IMG/VR virus record: IMGVR_UViG_3300048583_000222
Coordinates: 11,766-75,765 of that record
Strand: one strand, 5' to 3'
Source of the DNA: a virus
DNA: 64,000 bases
Part shown: in pieces, positions 25,101 to 33,449 of the stretch
Layout of the letters: the number at the start of each line of letters is the position of its first letter
How positions within the stretch are numbered: the stretch's first letter is position 1
The notes under the pieces: model-generated
Told to the model about the DNA's origin: nothing
Seen by the model: the letters and a program-made list of their open reading frames with translations, nothing else
Database searches by the model: none
Position numbers and translations under genes: made by a program

Positions 25101-25647
25101 TGGTGATGGTACCGTCCTTCTTGGTGTAACGTACTGCAGCAAAGTAGGCCCCCGGGGAAAGTATCCCGCCGGTGTCCTGGGAGATCTTTACGATGGGCGC
25201 TTGGACAATCGGGAACAGGGAGATGTCTTTCAGGGAGCTCACGTCTGGGTTATCGCAGTTCAGGTAGCCTACCAGTTTGTTCTTGTCGGTAAAGGCCACT
25301 ACGATCTCCCCAAGGTGGTTACGCTGGCTTTCCCCGGTGATATAGAAGTTCGAATGGAAACCCAGTTTGTACGACTCCAATGTATCATCGAGGATAGGCT
25401 GGTAGCTGTCCGTATCGGTATTGAAATAGCCTATGGCACTGTTCACATTATCTGTACAGAACAGGATGGGGTACTTGTCAGAGGGAATTACTCCGATGCA
25501 TTTGTAAGGCAGCACTGCCGCACTCTTCACGAACCCGGGCTCATTCTCCTGCAGGCCCAGCTGTACATTGGACACACCATTCTTTCCGTAACGGTAGGTA
25601 TCCTTCGGTTGGTTCTTAGGGCGTGTATTCTGGTTTATACCTTTCAT
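22168..25647 (-). CDS. Tail stabilisation/nozzle protein (1,159 aa) with C-terminal cadherin-like Ig domain
   Basis: N-terminal MKGINQ...KNG...NEPG, YLGNL, GGDTFI, QFGYSKDF, WRTFL and GYAGTQH blocks typical of crAss-like tail stabilisation proteins; position after the ring gene. Confidence 0.75.
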   Translation of the reverse strand: MKGINQNTRPKNQPKDTYRYGKNGVSNVQLGLQENEPGFVKSAAVLPYKCIGVIPSDKYPILFCTDNVNSAIGYFNTDTDSYQPILDDTLESYKLGFHSNFYITGESQRNHLGEIVVAFTDKNKLVGYLNCDNPDVSSLKDISLFPIVQAPIVKISQDTGGILSPGAYFAAVRYTKKDGTITSFVGNTGVTIVAGATDSVTDKSLVLTMTNLDLTYDFVQAAILYKVNGVYGTPQLLPEASITSEEMTLNYTGTEVTTNTTLENVLIPQAFYTKVGTIGQLNDALYLGNLESAPTINMQRYANLIRVNWKSELLDTLAPSQEHVRGEKRSWMHEEVVAPYIRYSLTRGGWTQWFHIPGRAPLAGETDASTLANTQGITAKKFQVEDTIPSFNAAQLEGEMGYWENDNETYPDDPSFDSSTGGLGGVNLRNQKVRHHRMPSIAWCKENLYPIDTTYGKNKLDLLGLKLTNVIIPAEYADQIDGWQLGFGKRTLNNATVLAQGALMHSAQYAAYNGGAFTLTGGGTKYVSTGGNFHAAKKPDGNPPDNALGLDTKAMRFHGFDLLFNKPALSDTGYYLSTHLKLKRTQLQTEGFIEDNNLGNNDVRGPIVYLIDYLAKGLTPTVVSSAKRLRNITETQLVPNNTEVSAWHNIDLEAYYAGKLNASVMDTADITTHLHDVDENNQSAGLCIPHEVTHLSNMMRVRDDVYAPFTVQKVIPASDKVVGTTSTVFGGDTFIVDYSFHTYGWWMQFNQKFGDKSGTKVVRRIACEAASNLYARFETPGNVYSKWYPNSPIVKEDVNNYITDYSLKQDPNQFGYSKDFNALNELSVDTGIFNTNNEVNTIHPFRIHRGGQLGRQDKTRSWRTFLPLDYYEIKKNVGTIVNLEGQDDRLLIHCKSALLVTQDKTKLESDVLQVTLGSADIFQFDPQDAQSAPLGYAGTQHDLSCLRSPAGYFFLDANSQEIFMYKTKPENLGGGLYNTFLEIIKTFAPRTNTFIGDGITVGYDPEFKRLLLTCKYTKASKAVRFNLEDADIPTLVVGDYVYMDGRILEFRGVNNVVLSGVSCDEVKIPVIVGFTYDLEASVYNNYVLTTLSGTFVDSVTLLSTVPAALPFFTINPATRELIVNGNLFPEIGDVYQLNCRATSDTGGTTDFYITINIVA

Positions 25648-26396
25648 GCTTCGTAGAAGTTACCATAGGTGTCAAAATAGTTCTGTGGCGGGATCAGGGT
25701 GATCATGTCGCACATCTCTTCCATCCGATTGGTGGATGGGTAACGGGTAGCTGCTTTTCCACGAGCGCAGTTCATCGAGTACTGCTGATAGCAGGCTTCC
25801 CAGTTCAATACCGGATCGATCCAGCCACTCTCGATGAGTTTCATGCGGCAGTACCAGTACAGGGCTTCTTTGTAGTTCTCCTGATCGGGGATCAGTGGCC
25901 ATCCGTGCTTGTCATGCGGGGTCTCCTTGTAGTGGAACCTGATGAGCCCCTCTTTGAAGGAGGTGGCAATGTATCCTGGTCCGTCTTCCTGGTACCAGTC
26001 CGTCTGGCTTACCGGCACAGGGATCACCGCACTGTCCTGCTCGTACGCGGTCATTCCATTGGGGCTCTCCACTTTCTTTACCGAGGATATGAATACATCA
26101 CTGGTCTGTGCTTCAGTTGGCCAGCTGGAGGGATGGCGTCCTACGTTTCTTTGAGGTAGTCTGGCGCCTTTGTATTCTACTGCAGTCAGCACCACCAGTC
26201 CGCATGGCATCTCTGCTTTGTAGAAGTGCACATTGCTGTCAAAGAATACCTGACGCAGTACCCATTTGGTCTTCATGTCAGCCATGGCTTCGGTGATCCA
26301 GATCAACAGGTCAGCGAAGTATGCGGTATCCTGCAACTTGGTGTTGCGCAACACTCTTCCTACGATCTCGTCTATGCTTATCTTGTTGTACTCCAT
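25644..26396 (-). CDS. Tail ring / tubular (P22 gp4-like) protein
   Basis: WITEAM, YIATSFKEG and WPLIPDQENYKEALYWYC motifs; synteny with the crAss-like tail module. Confidence 0.65.
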   Translation of the reverse strand: MEYNKISIDEIVGRVLRNTKLQDTAYFADLLIWITEAMADMKTKWVLRQVFFDSNVHFYKAEMPCGLVVLTAVEYKGARLPQRNVGRHPSSWPTEAQTSDVFISSVKKVESPNGMTAYEQDSAVIPVPVSQTDWYQEDGPGYIATSFKEGLIRFHYKETPHDKHGWPLIPDQENYKEALYWYCRMKLIESGWIDPVLNWEACYQQYSMNCARGKAATRYPSTNRMEEMCDMITLIPPQNYFDTYGNFYEA

Positions 26397-26397
26397 G

Positions 26398-26961
26398 CTA
26401 ATTAGTGTATGGGTAATATATGTATGAGAGCTTCAGGTGCGGGTTGCGGATAAGGTGCTGACTGAACTGCTGCTTGAAACCTACCTTGCTCTTGGAGGAA
26501 TTGGTCGGAGAGAACTTGTAGCCGGGAACATGTCCCTTCGCTGACCAGCCAATCCTGCAATAATCCTCTTCGGTGTAGTACACCTTGCGTACCGGTACGT
26601 TCTTTTGCTTCTCCTCATCAAACCTCATCTCCCCGCGCATCGTCTCCTTCCAGTTCACCCGTTTGTTGCGGAAGTTCCGCTCAATGCGCTTGGCATGGAT
26701 GAACCCGCCCTGGTACAGACTAAGCCTTTCTCCTTGTATGATCTTCTCCCGGGCTTCTGCGAAGAACACTGTCATGATGTTGAACCATCTGTCGAAGGTC
26801 AGTAATATTGTACCAGATTCGTCATGCAGTTCGTACGGGATGGCCCTTCTCCTAAGGTTCAGCTTTACCACTTTGGTTCCGGGGTAGCGCTGTTCACACT
26901 GCCTGATGAAGGCATAGTAGATATCCTTAGGAAGTAGGATCCGGCTTGTTTTGGGTTCCAT
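26398..26961 (-). CDS. crAss-like IHF/HU-related protein of the tail module
   Basis: Basic 187-aa protein with EKIIQGERLSL..GFIHAKRIER..VNWKET, VYYTEEDYCRIGW and YKFSP; this family sits between ring genes in crAss-like phages. Confidence 0.6.
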   Translation of the reverse strand: MEPKTSRILLPKDIYYAFIRQCEQRYPGTKVVKLNLRRRAIPYELHDESGTILLTFDRWFNIMTVFFAEAREKIIQGERLSLYQGGFIHAKRIERNFRNKRVNWKETMRGEMRFDEEKQKNVPVRKVYYTEEDYCRIGWSAKGHVPGYKFSPTNSSKSKVGFKQQFSQHLIRNPHLKLSYIYYPYTN

Positions 26962-27577
26962 TGGCTTCCGGGTTTATGGTTTCACTCCGCCACTTACTCA
27001 CAATCTCGTTTATGATAATGTCGATAACGTCACCTGAACAGGGGTATGTACTTTCCCAGAAATCACAGTTCGTACACCCCTTGGTCTTCGCATTGATGTT
27101 GTAGGCCTCTTCCGGGTTGGCGAATATGCCCACGACCAGTATGCTGGGTATGCCTCCTTTCTCTACAGTGAGCATGTCCCGGTCACGATGGTACAGTATG
27201 AAATGCTGAGCATAACGTCCGGCGGTCATGAAGCGCGCTGCTCCGCGGGTCGTGTATCTGTACGCGTTAGAGCCATCTACAGATCCCACGTAATCGTACA
27301 GGATCGAGTTGGCTCTCAATGGTTTAGGAAGCCCGCACTTGGGCTTGGACCAGGTACAGATCATGTCGCCTATCCCTTCCATGGAGTTGAAGCTTTCCAT
27401 AGGTACCTGCATTTCCTGTACAAAGAACTTGCGGTCCTGGGGTGTCTTCTCGAGGGTGCGCTTCAGTTGCTGCTCGCGAATGGTATCTGCACGTGCCAGA
27501 ATGGTACGCTTGAAGGTGAAGTCGTTGACGGCCCCAAGTTCCAGTGCTATGATGTCTGTAAGTTCATTGGGTGTCAT
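26927..27577 (-). CDS. Head-tail ring/adaptor protein (likely start MTPNELT at 27577)
   Basis: ORF 26927..27634 with a more plausible internal ATG; GIFANPEEA and YPCSGDVIDII motifs; synteny. Confidence 0.55.
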   Translation of the reverse strand: MTPNELTDIIALELGAVNDFTFKRTILARADTIREQQLKRTLEKTPQDRKFFVQEMQVPMESFNSMEGIGDMICTWSKPKCGLPKPLRANSILYDYVGSVDGSNAYRYTTRGAARFMTAGRYAQHFILYHRDRDMLTVEKGGIPSILVVGIFANPEEAYNINAKTKGCTNCDFWESTYPCSGDVIDIIINEIVSKWRSETINPEANGTQNKPDPTS

Positions 27578-27659
27578 AGTGTAAATATACTGTGTTATAA
27601 ACAAAAGGACAGCTATTACGCTGCCCTTCTGCATGATAGGTATGTTAAGTCAGCTCACC

Positions 27660-28613
27660 TTAGAGTGCGAAGATCAGCTTGATCTCTGCTTCTGCGTTGG
27701 CGGCGCCATTCGCGGCTACCAGCAACTCGATGCAGTTAGGGTATTGATCTACCTTTTTCACAGTCTTTGCACTGTCAGATGCGATGATCTGGAAGGTGTA
27801 GTGATTGTACTGAACACCAGCTGCTGCCTGAGTGGAGGGAGCTCCGAAGTCAGATGCTTGGGTCATCGGTGTGTTAGGGTAGTTGGTGGTAACACCGTCC
27901 TTGATGTTTGCAGCCTCTTCGAACAGTACTGCCTCCTCGTAGAAGCCAGACCCCAGTACAGTAGCTACTGCAGAAGAACTTACAAACTTCTCACTGGCTT
28001 TGTACTGCGGAAGTACCTTGATGATCGCGCCGAATTCCAGGTTGGAAAATACGATGGTGTCTGTACCGGAAGTGTAAGCTGCTGAAACCAGCAAATCACG
28101 ATCGCGGTTCTCCACAGAAGTTGCATCATTTACCAGGGCTGCCAGACGTGCCATGGCTACGTCGAAGGTCTCGCCTGCTTTTACGACGATGTGGAAATCC
28201 TGGGTGGTAACAGGTCCACCACCAATGGTGAGGTCCATGACCTTGAAACCGAGCTCATCTCCTGTGGCAACAGTAGCACCGGTGTACACGAATGTGCTGC
28301 TTCCTTTAACAGGAGCCACATACGGAGTACGGGTAGCCTTGGCGCTGGCCAGGGTGAATGCTTCTGATTTCTTTACACCAATACCGGTTTTCAAAGCGAA
28401 GAAGATCGGTAGGGTAGCCGACACGTTACCAGCTCCTGAAATCAGGGCACCGGTTGCTGCGTTGAATACACCGATCTCACCTTCCACTGCTTCTGTTACG
28501 AAGAGCGTGAATGTGGTACTGTCTGAATACTCCACCTGCTTGGTGATACCAATGAAGGAGTAGTTGCTGTTGATTCCAGCAGGGTTCTTAAAATAGCGGT
28601 TCTTGTAAGCCAT
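27660..28613 (-). CDS. Putative auxiliary capsid/structural protein (317 aa)
   Basis: Beta/Thr/Ala-rich ORF in the capsid-tail block with highly expressed-type codon use. Confidence 0.5.
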   Translation of the reverse strand: MAYKNRYFKNPAGINSNYSFIGITKQVEYSDSTTFTLFVTEAVEGEIGVFNAATGALISGAGNVSATLPIFFALKTGIGVKKSEAFTLASAKATRTPYVAPVKGSSTFVYTGATVATGDELGFKVMDLTIGGGPVTTQDFHIVVKAGETFDVAMARLAALVNDATSVENRDRDLLVSAAYTSGTDTIVFSNLEFGAIIKVLPQYKASEKFVSSSAVATVLGSGFYEEAVLFEEAANIKDGVTTNYPNTPMTQASDFGAPSTQAAAGVQYNHYTFQIIASDSAKTVKKVDQYPNCIELLVAANGAANAEAEIKLIFAL

Positions 28614-28634
28614 ACGTTAAACAGGTTTAATACG

Positions 28635-29690
28635 TTAGATTGTTGTTCTTGTCATGTTGTCCCTAAGCTTGTTCTCCCAGTCCGGATCAGCCCTGAGTCC
28701 TTTGATGTACTCGATGGCCAGATCACAAATATCGGAGTGTACATTCTCGGGCAACTCGCAATTCTCCTCTAAAGATAAGCTGATCATGCGAGGTCTGCGC
28801 ACATGGTATAGACGCACTCCACTTACTATAAAGCTATTGTCCAGCTCAGTAACCACTTTATCGTTCTCCTGATAACAAAGCGGAGATCTGTAGTAGGTAC
28901 TGGCAAATCCGGAGGCGGTCATCTGTGGAATCACGGTCTGGAAATAGAACCTTCCCGGGAACAGGGTGAGTGGGGAGTTTATGTACTTGGTCCTCAGCAG
29001 CGTGTCTTCGTACGTGGCTACCGTAGTGACGCCGTCGATCAGGATCTGGATGACTGTAGTAGGCAGTCCGGAAAAGATAATGGTGTCAGGTTTGTGTATG
29101 TCCCCGTAGGTTTCCCAGTGTACCTCATAGCCTTTGCTGCGTAGCTCCGCCATCAGTATAGGGACCAGTCTCCAGGTCTCATTCTTGGAAGAGAACCCGT
29201 TGAAGGTAACCCCCCTGTCTGCAGCATGCGCGGTGATGTTGAACACGGGCTCTGCATTAACAGAGAGTACCACACTCTTGTACCACTCTGTATTTGCATT
29301 ACTCTTTACGATCTTCAGGTAGTGGAGGGTGTGGGCCTCCCGCAGGGTCTTGGGGCTGGCCCCGCACAGGTTATGTACATGTGCTTCTACGGAGAGTACC
29401 TCCTGGACGTGGTAAGGAATCACCGCGGCGACATTAGTCTTTAGGGTGTCCCCGTTGTCGTAGCACGTGACATCGGTCTTGTCCAGCAGGGTGGACAGAC
29501 GATTGAGATGCACAAGGGAATCAGCAGCGCCCGGCTCTTTTCGCAGGTCCCCTACATGAGAGCCAATGTACCGGTGTACCGTCTTGTTCAGGATCCAGTC
29601 GATCTCGTCGGGGTAGAACTTACGGCGGGCATTGGCTGCGAGGTTCTGCGTGGCCTGCTCGATCTCAATGTGCATCTCTTTAACGTCCAT
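28635..29690 (-). CDS. Head-tail adaptor/ring protein (351 aa)
   Basis: MDVKEMHIEIE...EIDWILN N-terminus and YHVRRPR..SL..NCELPENVHSDICDLAIEY C-terminus typical of crAss-like ring proteins. Confidence 0.65.
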   Translation of the reverse strand: MDVKEMHIEIEQATQNLAANARRKFYPDEIDWILNKTVHRYIGSHVGDLRKEPGAADSLVHLNRLSTLLDKTDVTCYDNGDTLKTNVAAVIPYHVQEVLSVEAHVHNLCGASPKTLREAHTLHYLKIVKSNANTEWYKSVVLSVNAEPVFNITAHAADRGVTFNGFSSKNETWRLVPILMAELRSKGYEVHWETYGDIHKPDTIIFSGLPTTVIQILIDGVTTVATYEDTLLRTKYINSPLTLFPGRFYFQTVIPQMTASGFASTYYRSPLCYQENDKVVTELDNSFIVSGVRLYHVRRPRMISLSLEENCELPENVHSDICDLAIEYIKGLRADPDWENKLRDNMTRTTI

Positions 29691-29708
29691 CGTGATTTGT
29701 TTTAAAGG

Positions 29709-30653
29709 TTACGCCACTGGCTTACGACGCGCGGTCTTCGGCTTAGCCTGGATGTCCTGCAGGTTCCCACTCCATATCTGGAGGTTCTCGCTGTATTCTT
29801 TGTCCTGGAGTACCTTGACTGCTTCGTCGAGATCCTTGGCGATCATTTTATTGGTAGAAGCTTCGAATATCCGGTCTCCCACATTCTTGAAGATGCCGTT
29901 CTGTATGAACGACTTGATCTTCACGCGCAGTTCGAAGTTGTCTGTCTTATAGACCTTGTTGAAGTTTGCTGCATCGGTGTCAGCAATCGTACGCAGGCGC
30001 TTAGCACGTTGTGCTGGGGCAGAAGCTCCACCGAAGTCACGTGGATCGATGCCGAACATAATCAGCATACCACTGACTTTGGTATCATCTTCTTTGATGG
30101 CCAGATAAGTCGCAATGGCCTGATCTTGCTGAGAAGTGGTTTCGACCAGTACCTTGTCAGCCACTTCCGAATCAAAGATATAGTACAGCTTCAGCGGATC
30201 TCCCACAGAGCTCTCTTTGTCGATGGCTACCTGCGGATGCTCACGTGCGTGGCGATAGCGGACATAGTCCATGATTTCAATGGGCAGGTTCTGCATACCC
30301 TCTTTGTCTTTGTAGGTCACGGGCTTGTTGTTGTCCAGCAGCAGTCCGATCTCCAGGGCCCTACCTTCGGGTCCAAATGGAATCTGTGTGAACATCTCCT
30401 GATAGAACTTGTTGACCTTCTCGCGGAAGAAGCGGTCATCGGCTTCTGCATCAATGATCAGTGGGAGCAGTACGCGCTGTTCGTTGAAGTCCAGTCCGGA
30501 GCCTACAACTTTAGAACTGATGCTCTTCCAGTACGAGCCTATGGTCTTTCGACTCATGCTCATGAATTCCTTTGCACCGGTCTGTACAGAGTCCATGAAG
30601 GTCTCGGTACGTACGATGTTTACAATTTTGCTGTTAGGATGTTTTGCTGTCAT
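29709..30653 (-). CDS. Conserved crAss-like protein downstream of MCP (putative structural/assembly)
   Basis: FYQEMFTQIP..GRALEIGL, PIEIMDYVRYRHAREHPQVA and KLYYIFD motifs; position next to the MCP. Confidence 0.6.
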   Translation of the reverse strand: MTAKHPNSKIVNIVRTETFMDSVQTGAKEFMSMSRKTIGSYWKSISSKVVGSGLDFNEQRVLLPLIIDAEADDRFFREKVNKFYQEMFTQIPFGPEGRALEIGLLLDNNKPVTYKDKEGMQNLPIEIMDYVRYRHAREHPQVAIDKESSVGDPLKLYYIFDSEVADKVLVETTSQQDQAIATYLAIKEDDTKVSGMLIMFGIDPRDFGGASAPAQRAKRLRTIADTDAANFNKVYKTDNFELRVKIKSFIQNGIFKNVGDRIFEASTNKMIAKDLDEAVKVLQDKEYSENLQIWSGNLQDIQAKPKTARRKPVA

Positions 30654-30684
30654 CTGAGAATGATTGTGATTTAGAAATGATGAA

Positions 30685-30692
30685 CAAATGTA
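30685..30692 (-). promoter_or_regulatory. Bacteroidota sigma-A -7 element (TACATTTG)
   Basis: Matches TAnnTTTG; lies just downstream of the MCP terminator and 31 nt upstream of the ATG at 30653; no -33 TTTG seen. Confidence 0.45.
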
Positions 30693-30707
30693 CTCGTTCG
30701 GGTTGAT

Positions 30708-30736
30708 ATAAAGAAAGCCCCACCGAAGCAGGGCTT
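30708..30736 (-). terminator. Rho-independent terminator after major capsid gene
   Basis: Minus strand AAGCCC TGC TTCG GTG GGGCTT hairpin (UUCG loop) followed by TCTTTA. Confidence 0.8.
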
Positions 30737-30764
30737 ATCTTTTTCTCATCCAAAACCAGCGTTT

Positions 30765-32300
30765 TTACGCACCAGCGATACACTGCAGATCGAAGCATGT
30801 GTTAGCACGCAGGATCTGGATACCAGCTGATTTGAAACGTGTATAAGATGACTCGTCCATATCAGAAGCCAGCAGGGAAGCTGAAGACTCCTTGTCGATA
30901 GAGAACGAACCTGTCATGAGTTGGATAGAACGTGGAGCAGGAGTCAGACCGGCGATCACACCATGGAGGAATGAACGGCCTTTCTGAGCAACGTGCTGAA
31001 TGTTCGGCTGACCATCGTAGTCAGAATCGTCGATGAATACACCGCGATATGACTCCAGGGCCCATCCAGTCTCAGGGTGTACCACACCACCTGCACTCTG
31101 GGCCATGGCTACTTTACCATAGTCGAAGATCGGGTTGTGCTTTACCTTGATGGTGTAGCCATCGATGTGGTAGAACCCATCGAAATAACCACCCAGCATG
31201 AGGTTGTAGCCTGAACCAGTAACAAACTTCTCGGCGATATTGCCCCAGTCAGTCAGCATGTTAATGCCCTTCTCTTTCATGGCCTTGTCGAATTCCCTGA
31301 GGAATCCACGTCCACCATGGAAAGTAAGGCTCTTACCAGCTTGGTCCTGCTGAGAGTACAATACGTCGCCTACCAGGTTCTGAATGAAGTTGTAGGTCAG
31401 TGAAGAGTACGTGGCTTTGTTCTGCACCTGCTCGAGGATACCAGAACCACGTGGGATCACCTTACCGGTCAACAGGTCCTTCAATGGAACAGTACCATCA
31501 GCAAGCCTGTTGTAACGGCTGTACCAATACGTGTGTTCACACTGAGATAACCAGTCGTTCTCGAACTGCCACATGAACCAATCCATCCACACGTTGGTAG
31601 ATTTACCTTCGTGATCAGTGATGTTGATCTTCATGATCTTGTTCGCAGCATTACCGGCCCAGCTCATACCAGCCCTGAGGAAGCCCATTTGGTTCTTGTA
31701 TTGACCAGGCATAGCCATGACCGATTCAGTAGAACGTGAGCGGGATTCAGGAACGGCAGTGAACATCGGTACCCATGAAGCGCCTTCTGCTACCTCTGTC
31801 AAAGGACAGAAATCGCTGGGAGCTGCAGGGTCAAGTACGCAGGTATATTCCCAATAACCACCGACATTCTCGGGGTCCTTGCGAACGTGTGCCTGCACAC
31901 CGCGTGCTGACTGGATGATGAAAAACCTCTTGATGAGATTGTCTGAGAAGTACAGTTTGAATTCACCATGCCCGATACCAGGCTTGTCGCCACCGGTATA
32001 AATAGACTTGGTTACTACTGCAGCTTTGTGCAGACGTCCCATAACAGGGTAAGTGAATTGAGGGTCATCCAACTCGACGGCTGAGCGTTTCAGCGCATTA
32101 CCGCCATAACCGATGCCACCCATGGTCATCAGAGAAATGGGATAACTCTTGTTGTAATCACCAAGGATGAAGGTGAGCTTCTTGGTCAGTTCAGAGGGTG
32201 AGCCCTGCTTCTGATGGTAGAAGTTCTCCTCATCGAGCAGCGACTTAGTGTCGAGGATCTGCTCAGAGACTTGATACTTTAAACGAGGAAGCGTGTTCAT
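30765..32300 (-). CDS. Major capsid protein (crAss-like, HK97 fold; 511 aa)
   Basis: Follows portal and scaffold; motifs GEFKLYF, YWEYTC, WFMWQFE..W...EHTYWYSRYN, GSGILEQ, GGRGFLREFD, YHIDGYTIKV..NPIFD and AGIQILRA; followed by a strong terminator. Confidence 0.9.
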   Translation of the reverse strand: MNTLPRLKYQVSEQILDTKSLLDEENFYHQKQGSPSELTKKLTFILGDYNKSYPISLMTMGGIGYGGNALKRSAVELDDPQFTYPVMGRLHKAAVVTKSIYTGGDKPGIGHGEFKLYFSDNLIKRFFIIQSARGVQAHVRKDPENVGGYWEYTCVLDPAAPSDFCPLTEVAEGASWVPMFTAVPESRSRSTESVMAMPGQYKNQMGFLRAGMSWAGNAANKIMKINITDHEGKSTNVWMDWFMWQFENDWLSQCEHTYWYSRYNRLADGTVPLKDLLTGKVIPRGSGILEQVQNKATYSSLTYNFIQNLVGDVLYSQQDQAGKSLTFHGGRGFLREFDKAMKEKGINMLTDWGNIAEKFVTGSGYNLMLGGYFDGFYHIDGYTIKVKHNPIFDYGKVAMAQSAGGVVHPETGWALESYRGVFIDDSDYDGQPNIQHVAQKGRSFLHGVIAGLTPAPRSIQLMTGSFSIDKESSASLLASDMDESSYTRFKSAGIQILRANTCFDLQCIAGA

Positions 32301-32334
32301 GTATATTGAATTTTAATTCCGAGGGTTGGTTTTA

Positions 32335-33423
32335 CTACAGTTCTCCGGGAAACTTGAGGTCTCCAAGTGTAGTACGCTGGTTTTGTGGAGGTGCTGGGAT
32401 GGAGGCTTCGGTCTTTTTACGTGTCCCTGCAAGCTGGATCTGGTTACGCTTTACGTTCAGCGTGTTGGCTTTGCGGGCAATGAGGGCGCTGAGATCGCCT
32501 TTCTTGAACTGAAGGTACAACGACTCTATAATCTGTGGTACCGTCTTGGGGTCAACTGTCTGAGCGATGTAGAAATCCTGCCCATCTGTCTGGATCAGGT
32601 TACGTACGAAAGCATCGAACTGCTTCTTCTCGCTATCAGGAATGACGATCTTGAGATCCTTGGATTCCAGGGTAGTGGCCAGGACTGTGTCCATTTCTTT
32701 TACGCGTCTGTGCCAAGCGGCCTGTTCTTCTTTCGCAGCTTCAGCCAACCTTCTCAGCTCTCTGCGATCTTCCTCTTCCTGTTGTTTGTAAGCTGCATCA
32801 GCTTCAGAACTCAGGGTGTTGGATTTAACAGCCATTTCAACCAGTGCGTCTGCCTTCTCCGGGCTTAATCCGCGTCTCACAAGGTCACTCTTGTACACTT
32901 GCTTTTGTAAATCTACATCATCCTGCAATAAATCATAGGATGGAAGCGATAAAGTTTTGCGTGAGAAGAACTCTTCGTCTGTTCCCCCTTGCATTCTATG
33001 GAGTAAATATGCAGCGCCACGAGGATCCCTGGCAGCCAATTCTTCGTTGACTTTCTGGATAGCGGCCTGTTCTATGGCACGCTCACGTATAACAATACCC
33101 TCCACTGAGTTGGGAGGTACGTCTCCGTACTCGACTGCAAGTTCCACACCACGCATGCGGTTTACCTCTTCGAAGAACTCGAGCTGTGCTGCGATGTCTT
33201 CTTCAGAAGCAACCTCTTCCGGAGGTGTGTCGTCTACAGGGTCTACCGGAGCTGCAGGATCTACAGGTGCTGGGTCTACAGGAGGTGCTGGATCTACAGG
33301 AGTAACCGGAGGCTGTTCTACTAACGGTACTGGGGTTGTTGAGTCTGCGTTTTGGATTTGGGTATCATCAGGAAGTTCATTTAACGAAACCTTCTTAACT
33401 TCTCCCTCTGCTGTTTGTGACAT
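32335..33423 (-). CDS. Putative capsid scaffolding protein (362 aa)
   Basis: Acidic, Pro-rich N-terminus and helical C-terminus; lies between portal and MCP. Confidence 0.65.
   Translation of the reverse strand: MSQTAEGEVKKVSLNELPDDTQIQNADSTTPVPLVEQPPVTPVDPAPPVDPAPVDPAAPVDPVDDTPPEEVASEEDIAAQLEFFEEVNRMRGVELAVEYGDVPPNSVEGIVIRERAIEQAAIQKVNEELAARDPRGAAYLLHRMQGGTDEEFFSRKTLSLPSYDLLQDDVDLQKQVYKSDLVRRGLSPEKADALVEMAVKSNTLSSEADAAYKQQEEEDRRELRRLAEAAKEEQAAWHRRVKEMDTVLATTLESKDLKIVIPDSEKKQFDAFVRNLIQTDGQDFYIAQTVDPKTVPQIIESLYLQFKKGDLSALIARKANTLNVKRNQIQLAGTRKKTEASIPAPPQNQRTTLGDLKFPGEL
33232..33310 (-). repeat. Coding tandem repeat (PVDP(A)n) in scaffold gene
   Basis: Recurrent TCTACAGG/TCTACCGG on the + strand, encoding PVTPVDPAPPVDPAPVDPAAPVDPVD. 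Confidence 0.8.
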
Positions 33424-33449
33424 ATTCTGGATGTTTAGATGCTAAGGTA